A stretch of 64,000 nt of DNA from the NCBI GenBank assembly GCA_963796235.1, contig CAWCKX010000002.1:843764-907763 (forward strand), read 5' to 3'. Source of the DNA: an uncultured cyanobacterium (lineage in GTDB: Bacteria; Cyanobacteriota; Cyanobacteriia; Phormidesmidales; Phormidesmidaceae). The position numbers were made by a program, and so were the translations under genes. The notes below the pieces were generated by a model that was not told where the DNA came from, did not search any database, and saw nothing but the letters and a program-made list of their open reading frames with translations. Numbering within the stretch: the first letter of the stretch is position 1; each line of letters starts with the position of its first letter. Shown one piece after another: positions 1-8,642 of the stretch.

Positions 1-767
1 AGGTGGGCTTCTAGCGCAATGCGTGATTCAGCTAGATAGCGGTGGTCGTCAGAAAATAGCGCGAAGTCGTCTACGTATCTCAGGTATTTTGGGGCTTTGA
101 GGGTTTCTTTGGTGAAGTGATCAAATCCGCTGAGGTAGATGTTGGCGAAAAACTGGCTAGTCAGATTGCCGATGGGCAGTCCCCGACGGTGCTGTAGCGG
201 GGTGAGCAGATCATCGTTTGGAAAGTACTCAACAGAAGGCTCTTGTGGATTGCTGCTGTCGATAATGGTATCGATTAGCCAGAGAGTGTCTGGGCACTTG
301 ATTTTGCGGCGGATTAAAGACTTGAGAATGGCGTGATCGATACTAGGGAAGTATTTGCGGATGTCGCACTGTAAGACGTAGCGGCTAGATCGGGCGAAGT
401 GGGTGAAGCGCTTGAGGGCGCGGTGGGTGCCAAAGCCAGTGCGGTTGGCGTAGGAGTCGAAAATGAAGGTGCGCTCGAAGATAGGCTGAATGATGTTGCA
501 GAGAGCGTGATGGACGACGCGATCTCGGTAGGGCGCAGCAGAAATGAGGCGAGGTTTGGGAGAATACACCTGAAAAACGGTGTATTTGCCCGGCTGATAG
601 GTTTTAGATTTGAGCGATTGGTGGAGCTGGAGAAGCTCTTGCTCCAGGTTGTAATTGAAGGCTAAGACGTTTTGGCGAAAGCGTTTGCCGCGCTGTGCTT
701 TGCGAGCAGCCAAAAGCAGGTTTTCAAAGTCGATGATTTGGGGCCAGAGGTTGCCGTAGCGTTTCAT
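1..767 (-). CDS. DGR reverse transcriptase (3' part outside the window)
   Basis: Not in the ORF track. My translation from ATG 767 gives [29 protein letters not shown]...RDRVVHHAL...[14 protein letters not shown]...[17 protein letters not shown]...YLRYVDDF. It has RT motifs, the DGR-type SQ motif and YVDD at 66-77. The start overlaps the avd stop (ATGA). Confidence 0.95.
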   Translation of the reverse strand, partial: MKRYGNLWPQIIDFENLLLAARKAQRGKRFRQNVLAFNYNLEQELLQLHQSLKSKTYQPGKYTVFQVYSPKPRLISAAPYRDRVVHHALCNIIQPIFERTFIFDSYANRTGFGTHRALKRFTHFARSSRYVLQCDIRKYFPSIDHAILKSLIRRKIKCPDTLWLIDTIIDSSNPQEPSVEYFPNDDLLTPLQHRRGLPIGNLTSQFFANIYLSGFDHFTKETLKAPKYLRYVDDFALFSDDHRYLAESRIALEAH

Positions 768-1111
768 GACTTAATGACTACTTTTTGCTGCTTCATCCAG
801 CCGCCTAAGTCGGTACCGATGGTGTTGATCAAGCTGCTGGCGTGCTCGTAGCGGCGGGTCTGGACGAGCTCAAAGTCGAGGAGTAAGCGGGTCTGATATC
901 TCAGGATGTCAAGGCGGGAGTTGATAGCTTGAAGCAGGCTAAGTTTGTCGCGGGTGTAACGGGCTTGTATGAGCGCTTCTAGGAGGCCATACAGACCGAC
1001 TATCATTCGATCCCCTAGCGTGAAGCGGTAGTCACGCGGTAAGCGATGGAGAATAGGCACATACCATTTGATCAGGTCGTAAGCTTTTTGGATGATCGGT
1101 AGCTCTTCCAT
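764..1111 (-). CDS. avd: DGR accessory variability determinant Avd (four-helix bundle)
   Basis: 115 aa, [36 protein letters not shown]...IGTDLGGW, a typical bAvd-family pattern. Directly coupled to the RT. Confidence 0.92.
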   Translation of the reverse strand: MEELPIIQKAYDLIKWYVPILHRLPRDYRFTLGDRMIVGLYGLLEALIQARYTRDKLSLLQAINSRLDILRYQTRLLLDFELVQTRRYEHASSLINTIGTDLGGWMKQQKVVIKS

Positions 1112-1138
1112 CGCTGGAATATCTCAAAAAAAATTAGA

Positions 1139-1149
1139 GCGCTTCGCGC
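1139..1149 (-). promoter_or_regulatory. DGR target-recognition hairpin GCGC-GAA-GCGC downstream of the VR
   Basis: The minus strand reads GCGCGAAGCGC about 55 nt after the corrected target stop. GC-rich stems with GRA-type loops are the known DGR cis element. Confidence 0.6.
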
Positions 1150-1202
1150 GGGGAAGAGAAAAGAATAGAGGGCAGAGGGCAAAAGAGCAAGAGGGCAGAG
1201 GG

Positions 1203-1345
1203 TTACGGAAGAGGCCACGAGGAGGCGCAGACTACTCGAAAACCAACGACGTAGTCCCGAGTCGTCGCGCGCGCTCCCGGAGCGATTAGCCGAGCGGCAG
1301 AAGTCAGGACCGACGTACCAAGAACCGCCCCGCAGCAGCCTTCTA
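1203..1345 (-). repeat. DGR variable region (VR)
   Basis: Between invariant RGGSW / CRSA / GFR, the variable codons are NNC/NNT (TAC GTC GGT, GAC TTC, TCC, AGC, GAC TAC GTC). This is what adenine mutagenesis of AAC/AAT template codons would give. The TR was not found in the window. Confidence 0.8.
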
Positions 1346-3054
1346 GCGTTTTCGTCACCCGATAACCAGGCATCGCTATCAGTGGGTGCGCCAGTGTAAT
1401 TTTCATGCCAGTGGTCTAGGCACCATTCCCAGACATTGCCGTGCATGTCATACAAGCCAAAGGCATTTGCTGGAAAGCTGCCTACATCCGTTGTCTGCTC
1501 TCGATATTCACCTTTTTGGCCATCACCGTAGGTGTAGTTCGCATCATAGTTTGCTACGTTCGAGCTTACCGTTTCGCCAAAATGAAAGGGTGTTGTCGTC
1601 CCAGCGCGGCAGGCGTATTCCCATTCTGCTTCGCTGGGCAAACGGTATTCCCGGCCTGTGTGCTTGGATAGCCGCTGGCAAAATTCGACCGCATCATCCC
1701 AGGAAACCTTCTCTACTGGGCGACTGCCGCCTTTGAAGTTTGAAGGGTCAGCCGTCAGGTCATGGTTAACTTTTGGTAAGGTGGCGATCGCTCTCCACTG
1801 AGCCTGAGTCACCAAATACTTACTCATCAGAAACGGCCCGACAGTGACTGAATGCTGCGGTCTTTCATCATCGTCTCCCTGTCCATCGGCTGACCCCATC
1901 TTGAAGGTGCCGCCAGGGATTGCAACCATCTCTAGCTCAACGCCCTGCCCTAGCGCTTCCCGGCGATACTCTGCCTGCCGCGTTTCCTTTTTAGCAATAG
2001 CCCCCTTTCTATCAACTGTCACCACTTCAAAGCTGAAGGTAGGCACCTGCGGTTCAGGCTTCGCTTCAGAGACTGGCGCGTCAATCCTGCGGCTACCGGC
2101 AGTTACAGGCGGTGAGGATACACTAGGAGGCTGCTGAACTCGCTTCAAAGCGACTCTTTGTAACCCTTTTACGGCTTGGCGATCGCCCGGTGAAGCCACA
2201 AATGCCCGAATCCAAAGCTGCTCTGCCAGTTCCCAGTCAGATTCCGCCTCTGCCTCCAAAGCATCGTTTTTGATCTGCAACACATCTTGCAAAGTCGCCT
2301 GAGCAGGCAGCAAAATCAAATGCAGTTTAGTCGCTGGTTCGGCAACGGCGTAAGGCGTCTGCCGCCGCTTGTTATAGCGAGCATTGAGCTGAGGCACCTG
2401 ATACTGCAAATGCTGATATAGCCGCTCCACCGTCGCACAGTTTCCCTCCCCCTGAATGCGCAGTCCTTGCAACAGCGAATGCGTAAACGCCCCTTGCTGA
2501 AGCTCGTCAATCTCATAAGACGACTCACTCGGACTACAGGCAAACAGCGTGATCACACCCTGCTGCGTTTCGAGGCCAATGCCCTCTCCGCCATCTCGGT
2601 CATCCTCACTCCGACAGGCATCCAGCATCAAAATCACATTGCCCGCTCCCGAGCCCCGCAGCCGGTCGGCAATGTCATTGATAGCCAGCCCTGTGCGCTC
2701 CACATTCCCCGGATCGCCATCCAGCGGCATCAGATAATCTCGCCGATTTGAGCGTTTGCCATGCCCCGCAAAAAAGAACCAAAGATTATCCCCCGATTCT
2801 AAAAATCGCTGCTCAAAACGAACCCGCAAAAACCTGGCTAAGTTCCCAAAAGTAGGCACAGATCTGAGCGGTGGCCCGCTGCTAGAAGCAATCGGCGGCG
2901 CGTCTTCAGCGAAGAAGTAAACCTTGTCTTTGTCAAACTGAGCCTCATTTACGCAAAAATCACGAACGGCTTCAGCATCGCGCCGAGCATATTGCAAATG
3001 CTTTAGATTGTCATAGCCATTGATGCCGATGCAAATAGCCCAGTTCTTGCTCAT
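1203..3054 (-). CDS. DGR target protein: peptidase C14 (orthocaspase) domain + linker + FGE-sulfatase/CLec domain; +1 frameshift in the VR at 1260-1263
   Basis: Caspase dyad FFFAGHG / LMLDACR. FGE-sulfatase motifs RLPSEAEWEYACRAGT, NAFGLYDMHGNVWEW and RGGSW. The canonical end VVGFRVVCASSWPLP* is in another frame (TAA at 1205-1203), so the track's 1072 end is a read-through of the frameshift. Confidence 0.9.
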
Positions 3055-3115
3055 AAATCCGCGATTTCAGGAGGCGCATCCAGTGTAAACCATGACACTA
3101 ACGCAAGTCAGGACT

Positions 3116-3607
3116 TCACGTATTGCTGTTTGCTCCTTCATCCAGGCTACGCTGAAAGGCCACACAGTCTGCTGAGAGATTTCTGAAGCACTCAGGTAAC
3201 CGAGCCGCATTTGCTAAAACCCTATCAGCGTCTAACCGATAGCTATAGGCATTCCGTACCATGTGCCGAAAACGCAAAAATTCGTCCAAGTCGTCGAACG
3301 TTTCGGCACTAATCACAGGCGGTCTCTTTTCTCCGTCGCCAGTAGACATCTGAATTAGCAAGTCTCGATGCCAGTGGTCGCCTTTTGGCCTGCGTCCGTC
3401 TATGTGCTTGGCAACTGCCTCTAAAATGCGCTCAGCTCCTGTATAAAAGCCCTGCAAGTTCATAGCAATACCCCCAATAGTTGCGTTGTAAAGGCTCGGT
3501 TTTTCGACTGTTTCCAACGCTTCTGTGTATTCCTTATTTTCACGGACGGCTTGCGCCATTTTGTCTAGTTCGATCTGTATACGAGCAAAAAGCTCCTGAT
3601 GGGTCAT
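3116..3607 (-). CDS. HEPN (HepT-like) toxin
   Basis: GIAMNLQGFYTGAERILE...WHRDLLIQM...FLRFRHMVRNAY is HepT-like. Overlaps the MNT stop by 4 nt. Confidence 0.8.
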   Translation of the reverse strand: MTHQELFARIQIELDKMAQAVRENKEYTEALETVEKPSLYNATIGGIAMNLQGFYTGAERILEAVAKHIDGRRPKGDHWHRDLLIQMSTGDGEKRPPVISAETFDDLDEFLRFRHMVRNAYSYRLDADRVLANAARLPECFRNLSADCVAFQRSLDEGANSNT

Positions 3608-4161
3608 AACTCGACGCCTTCAGTCTCAATAGCCTTTTTGATATGCGAATACGCCTTTTCAATCGGAACAAGATCAATCGGAGGAAAATCATATGGACTC
3701 AGAACATCATTGGCAGCGATCCAAGCTTGAGTTTCCTGTTCGTTAGCAAGTCCCCAAACGGCTAGATCGATGTCAGAGTGGTCGTCCATATGCTCATGGT
3801 TAAGCAAAGACCCAAACAGAACGACTCTTCCGACACCAAAGTCATCTTTCAACATCTGTGCGACTTTGCGGGCTGCCTCCCAGCCCTCCTTTTGCCGAAC
3901 CTTCATCCGCTCAAGCCTCTGGGGACGGTCGGCTTGGGCTATTCTGACCTGTTCCATGACACGCTGACGTTCAGACTCAAGCAAGGGTACAGGCTGAGAG
4001 CGATTTGGCGGAGAGCCGATCATTTTGGCGATTGGAGAGTCAGCGTTGGGGGAATGTCTTGCATGAATTTGGCTGACATACGCCAGCACAAGTTTTTGCT
4101 GTGGCTCGGGAAGCTCATGCCATTTTTCTAAGAGCAGTTCTTCTGAAGTCATCGGTCTCAT
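3604..4161 (-). CDS. MNT nucleotidyltransferase antitoxin with N-terminal extension
   Basis: VVLFGSLL...SDIDLAVWG...IDLV is the Pol-beta NTase GS-x10-DxD motif. Paired with HEPN. Confidence 0.85.
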   Translation of the reverse strand: MRPMTSEELLLEKWHELPEPQQKLVLAYVSQIHARHSPNADSPIAKMIGSPPNRSQPVPLLESERQRVMEQVRIAQADRPQRLERMKVRQKEGWEAARKVAQMLKDDFGVGRVVLFGSLLNHEHMDDHSDIDLAVWGLANEQETQAWIAANDVLSPYDFPPIDLVPIEKAYSHIKKAIETEGVEL

Positions 4162-4269
4162 CTACAAAGCCGCATCTCTATTATCTACCATGTCAAGGCT
4201 TTGGTGTTGCCCGAGGAAATGAACGCACTGTAGAACCTGCCCTGCTTAGTGTTGATCGAAGTCAAAAAT

Positions 4270-4306
4270 AAAAAAAGCTCAGCGACCGATGAGGCGATCG
4301 CTGAGC
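4270..4306 (-). terminator. Intrinsic terminator after the response regulator
   Basis: GCTCAGCGA...TCGCTGAGC stem with an A-tract on the + strand (U-tract on the - strand). Confidence 0.7.
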
Positions 4307-4376
4307 CAACCTAAAGAAATTCACGGCTTCTCTGGCGCTTGTCTCTACCGGCAGGCAGCGCCCATCTCAGCCCAAC

Positions 4377-4919
4377 CTACGCCAGCTTCTTTTTAATAAA
4401 GGCTAAAATCTTGTTGTTTTGAGCTTTGAGCGCGGCCACTTCTTTCGCCAGCGTATTCACCTGTTGCTTCAGTGCGGCCATCTCAACAGCCGCCTCGCCA
4501 CTGACAATGCTAGGCGCTGCGCCAGCCTTTTGAGGGCGAGGCTTACGGGCTTTGACCATTGCGCCTTTAATGGCACCGATCAGATCTTTTTGCTCAAAGG
4601 GCTTTTCAATAAACTCGAAATATTCAAAAGGCTCTTTGATCTTCTCAGTCAGCTCTTCGCGACGACCCGACATCATTACTAGCGGAATGCTCTGCAACTC
4701 AGGCTTAGTCTGAATCTCCTGAAACACTTCAAAGCCACTCATCCGAGGCAGCAAAAAGTCCAGCATGATCAAGTTGGGCTTCTGCGCGCGAATGGCGTCT
4801 ATCCCCTCAATGCCATCTGCCGCTTCAATCACTTCAAAGTTGCCCTTGGGCAGCATGTCTCTTACCCGCGCCCGAATCACCCTACTGTCATCGATCACTA
4901 AAATTTTATGACTGGCCAC
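4377..4919 (-). CDS. CheY-like response regulator with C-terminal coiled coil
   Basis: KILVIDDS...LIMLDFLLPRMSG...FIEKPF receiver motifs. Confidence 0.9.
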   Translation of the reverse strand: MASHKILVIDDSRVIRARVRDMLPKGNFEVIEAADGIEGIDAIRAQKPNLIMLDFLLPRMSGFEVFQEIQTKPELQSIPLVMMSGRREELTEKIKEPFEYFEFIEKPFEQKDLIGAIKGAMVKARKPRPQKAGAAPSIVSGEAAVEMAALKQQVNTLAKEVAALKAQNNKILAFIKKKLA

Positions 4920-4934
4920 GACGGACTCCTTTAG

Positions 4935-5008
4935 CTGGCAAAGTGAAAACTGATAAAGCGAAAACTGGCAAAACGAAAACCGGCAAAACGAAAACTGGCA
5001 AAATGAAA
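4935..5008. repeat. 15-bp tandem repeat (GAAAACTGGCAAAAC-like, about 5 imperfect copies)
   Basis: Visible directly. It produces the spurious LPVFV-repeat ORF. Confidence 0.8.
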
Positions 5009-5119
5009 GACGTACGCACTACAGTACAGTTGACTCGTGTAGCCGCTTGGTTTAAAGTTGCCCAGATCGCAGGCATGAGTGAACGGTAAAATAAAGAAAA
5101 TTCAGCGCAGCTTTTCATA

Positions 5120-6037
5120 ATGCCTACCCCCTCCCCTCAGCCGGTCAGATCGACTCGCCCTCGACCCGAAATTGTGGCCCTGCCGGACTGGTTACGTAGG
5201 CCCATTGGCAAAGCGAGCGAGCTGTCTGCTGTGCAAAAGGTAATTAAACAAAGGCAAATTCATACGATTTGCGAAGAAGGCCGCTGCCCTAACCGGGGCG
5301 AATGCTACGCCAACCAGACGGCGACGTTTTTGCTAATGGGGCCGACCTGCACCCGCAGCTGCGCCTTTTGCCAGGTAGACAAGGGCCATTCGCCCATGCC
5401 GCTTGACCCGGCAGAGCCCCAAAAGGTAGCAGAGTCAGTTAAGCTGCTCGGTCTGCGCTATGTGGTGCTAACGGCGGTGGCTCGCGATGACTTAGCCGAT
5501 GGCGGAGCGGAGTGGTTTGTCAAAACGATGTCAGCGATTCGATCGCACAGTCCAACCACTCAAATAGAGGTGCTAACCCCCGATTTTTGGAGTGGAACAG
5601 ACGCGGTAGAGCAACAAAAAACGCGAGTAAAGAAGGTGGTAGCGGCCAAACCTGCCTGCTTTAACCACAATGTAGAAACAGTGAGACGATTGCAGGGGCC
5701 GGTGAGGAGAGGCGCTAAGTATGAGCGATCGCTTGATGTTCTCCGCTATGTCAAAGCCAGTGACCCGACAATTCCGACCAAATCGGGGCTGATGGTCGGG
5801 CATGGAGAAACGCAGGCCGAGCTGATAGAAGCAATGAAAGATTTGCGGGCAGTGGCGTGCGATCGCATTACCCTCGGCCAATACATGCGCCCTTCTCTGG
5901 CCCATCTGCCCGTGCAAAAGTACTGGACGCCAACAGAATTTGAACAGCTTGGAGAAATTGCCCGCGATATGGGATTTGCTCACGTCCGCTCTGGCCCCCT
6001 AGTACGCAGCTCTTACCACGCCGGAGAAGAACCTTAG
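5120..6037 (+). CDS. lipA: Lipoyl synthase
   Basis: [20 protein letters not shown] and the RSSYHA terminus. Confidence 0.97.
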   Translation: MPTPSPQPVRSTRPRPEIVALPDWLRRPIGKASELSAVQKVIKQRQIHTICEEGRCPNRGECYANQTATFLLMGPTCTRSCAFCQVDKGHSPMPLDPAEPQKVAESVKLLGLRYVVLTAVARDDLADGGAEWFVKTMSAIRSHSPTTQIEVLTPDFWSGTDAVEQQKTRVKKVVAAKPACFNHNVETVRRLQGPVRRGAKYERSLDVLRYVKASDPTIPTKSGLMVGHGETQAELIEAMKDLRAVACDRITLGQYMRPSLAHLPVQKYWTPTEFEQLGEIARDMGFAHVRSGPLVRSSYHAGEEP

Positions 6038-6693
6038 GCAGGAGACTGGCTCTCTAGAGACTGGCCCTCTAGAGACTGAGCATTAGGAGACTGAACAGTC
6101 AGCTCACGCCACTCATGCACGGCAAAAGGCGGTACCACTAGCTGAGCAACACTGCCCCCCGCTAGCGGAATCTCTATTTGCAAGGGAATATCCCCGGTGA
6201 GATCGGCCAGCGTAGCGGCCATATCGTACTGACCGGCGTTGTCTGGCAGAGACTGAGTTTGCGGATCTAGCGCAAATTGAGCCTGCCACTGGGCGCTGGC
6301 ACCGGTGGCGATGGTGATCGGTTTTTGCGAGTCGAGCGAGACCAGCCCCGGAAAGCCGATCAGCCGCAAGTAGAGACCCTGTAAACTATCGGCCTGATAG
6401 CGTTTAAACAAAATAATTTGCCAGGAGCGATCGGTGCGATCGCGCAAGCTTTGCTTAGAGCGAAAGGTTGTTTGACCGGGCCGCTCTTGATAGGTGTGAA
6501 TAGAGGCCAATGGTGAGAACGGGGCCGCTATTGCAGGCGCAGGCGTCAGCGGCAAGGCGATCGCTAGCATCAGTCCAATAGATAAAAGAAGACTGACAAC
6601 AACTTTAGAGATAGCTTTCGCTAACGATGACAGAAAACGCTGAGGTAAAGAACAGAATTGAAGAAAGCAAGACCAGCGCTGAATCATCACCAA
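6034..6693 (-). CDS. DUF3122-like cyanobacterial protein
   Basis: Signal-like N-terminus, then [11 protein letters not shown]...SKQSLRD...WQIILFKR...LRLIGFPG. Start uncertain. Confidence 0.7.
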   Translation of the reverse strand: MVMIQRWSCFLQFCSLPQRFLSSLAKAISKVVVSLLLSIGLMLAIALPLTPAPAIAAPFSPLASIHTYQERPGQTTFRSKQSLRDRTDRSWQIILFKRYQADSLQGLYLRLIGFPGLVSLDSQKPITIATGASAQWQAQFALDPQTQSLPDNAGQYDMAATLADLTGDIPLQIEIPLAGGSVAQLVVPPFAVHEWRELTVQSPNAQSLEGQSLESQSPA

Positions 6694-6710
6694 CAGTTCA
6701 CCAACAGTTA

Positions 6711-6747
6711 AAGGGGGACTGCTTTTTAGTGTACAGTCCCCCTCTTG
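6711..6747. terminator. Stem-loop downstream of the TPR gene
   Basis: AGGGGGACTG...CAGTCCCCCT inverted repeat. Confidence 0.6.
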
Positions 6748-6781
6748 AGTTAGCGATCAGAGATTTTAAAGGCAGTCGTTT

Positions 6782-8497
6782 TTACAGTCTTCTCATCCGA
6801 TCCATCACGGCCCGATAGCCGTCAGCGCTTCCTGTGGCTAAGTAGCGTTCGGCAGCGGCTTGCAGGTCACTATGAGCGGCAAAGTTATCGCCCAATGCCA
6901 TCAGCGTTAGCCCTCGATAGTAGTAAACGTCGGCGCTCGCAGCAGGATTTTGCCGAATCAAGCGAGAGAAGTCTTGATAGGCATTGCGGGCATCACCCGA
7001 CTCATACAGCGCCCGGCCTCTAGCGGCGTAGGCGTCGGCATAGCTGTTGTCTAGCTCAATGGCGTAAGTGTAGTCGGCGATCGCCCCCGGTAAGTTCCCA
7101 TCAATCGCGTCGGCATCGGCACGGCCTTTATAAAGGCGCGGGTCAATCGGGTTGAGGCCAATGGCGGCATCGTAGTCAGCAATGGCTTCCTGCACGTTGT
7201 TGTTTGCTAGGCGGGCTAGGGCGCGCTGATGGTATGCCTCACTGGAGTAAACATCGAGCTGCAAGACCCGGCTGAAGTCAGCGATCGCCGCTGCCGTATC
7301 GCCCTGAGTACGGTAGAGATTGCCCCTAGCCATATACGCCTCAACCGAGTTAGGTCGGCGAGTAAGTACCTGGTTAATATCTTCTAAGGCGCGGTTAGGG
7401 CGACCTAAGGCCAGATAGACATAGCTGCGGTTGTAGTAAGCTTCGCTGCTATCAGAGTCGAGACGAACGGCCTGATTGAGATCGTCTAGGGCCGCTGAGA
7501 AAGTGCCAAGGTGATAATAGGCAACACCCCGATTGAGATAGGCTTGGGCATAGTTGCTGCGGTTCTGGATGGCAGCAGTTAGGCTGATAATTGCGCTGTC
7601 ATATTCGCCAAGTGCGATGAGAGACGTACCCTGATGCAGGTGAGCAGGCGCGTAGGTAGGGTCAATGCTCAGCGCTTGGTCAAAGCTAGCGATCGCCCCT
7701 TCGTGATTAGCAATTGCGGCGTCGGTGAGCCCTCTATAGTCATAGGCTTCTACATAGGCAGGGTTAAGCGCGATCGCTTGCTCAAAGTCTGCCATCGCAG
7801 CGGCCATCTCGCCCATCTCATAAAATAGCGCCCCTCTTGCAAAGTAAGCCAGCGGATAGTCAGGGCGGGCGGCGATCGCGGCTGTGTAGTCAGCCATCGC
7901 CGTCACTGGGTCACTGAGCTTGAGGTGAGTGGCCGCTCTAAAGACATAGGCTTCGGCATAGCTGCGGTTGGCGGCGATCGCTTCATTAAACTGGGCGATC
8001 GCCGCTTCATAGTCACCCTTGCTATAGCTCCGCACGCCCTGATTGTAGGCAGTGACCGCCTGAGTCATTGGATCAGGCGCTATTACGGGCGCAGACTCCA
8101 TTGCGGGCGCAGGCTCTAGAATCGGCGCAGACTCTAGAATCGGCGCAGACTCTACAGCAGGTGCAGAATTCACCGGGATCACTGGCAAATTGAGCGGATC
8201 GACAGTAGCCGCGCGCGCTGCATCAAGATCGGCGCTGCTGCCCGGCATCGGCACTGAAGCAGGATCTAAATTGGGCATCACCTGACGGCCCACTCTGAGC
8301 TGCACATTGCTAGCCCTTTCTATATCAGGATCGACATTAATCACCGGCAAAAAGATAGCTTCAGACAGCTCATCGGCGCTAAACTCACCCGCGTTAAACT
8401 CATCGGCCTGGGCTGGCAGCGTCACGACCAGGCTGCTGAGAAGTGCGGTAATGCTTAAAATCGTAAGGCCACTGCGATTCATGACGTTCCCTTTCAA
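6782..8497 (-). CDS. Secreted tetratricopeptide repeat protein
   Basis: Signal peptide ending AQA, a Pro-rich linker and many 34-aa TPR units (AYxxRG...AIADY). Confidence 0.9.
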   Translation of the reverse strand: MKGNVMNRSGLTILSITALLSSLVVTLPAQADEFNAGEFSADELSEAIFLPVINVDPDIERASNVQLRVGRQVMPNLDPASVPMPGSSADLDAARAATVDPLNLPVIPVNSAPAVESAPILESAPILEPAPAMESAPVIAPDPMTQAVTAYNQGVRSYSKGDYEAAIAQFNEAIAANRSYAEAYVFRAATHLKLSDPVTAMADYTAAIAARPDYPLAYFARGALFYEMGEMAAAMADFEQAIALNPAYVEAYDYRGLTDAAIANHEGAIASFDQALSIDPTYAPAHLHQGTSLIALGEYDSAIISLTAAIQNRSNYAQAYLNRGVAYYHLGTFSAALDDLNQAVRLDSDSSEAYYNRSYVYLALGRPNRALEDINQVLTRRPNSVEAYMARGNLYRTQGDTAAAIADFSRVLQLDVYSSEAYHQRALARLANNNVQEAIADYDAAIGLNPIDPRLYKGRADADAIDGNLPGAIADYTYAIELDNSYADAYAARGRALYESGDARNAYQDFSRLIRQNPAASADVYYYRGLTLMALGDNFAAHSDLQAAAERYLATGSADGYRAVMDRMRRL

Positions 8498-8642
8498 AAC
8501 CTTTTCAAAACCTTTTCAAAACTTTGTTCAAACCATATGGGCTGGCAAGCGTTCGTAAGCGTAGATTGCCCAGTTCACTAGCAAAATGCGTTGACAAAGC
8601 AGATTCTCCGAGTGAATTAGCCTCTACCCACCGCCCAGAAAG

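Larger units (their letters stand above)
1..3054 (-). mobile_element. Diversity-generating retroelement cassette (target-avd-RT)
   Basis: Co-oriented CLec target with VR, hairpin, avd and DGR-type RT. Confidence 0.92.

Noticed and set aside
1-767. RT as a group II intron or retron RT
   Set aside because: The adjacent avd, CLec target with VR and SQ motif fit a DGR.
1072-1202. C-terminal extension of the 660-aa ORF overlapping avd
   Set aside because: It arises from the +1 frameshift. The conserved GFRVV end and stop are at 1203 in another frame.
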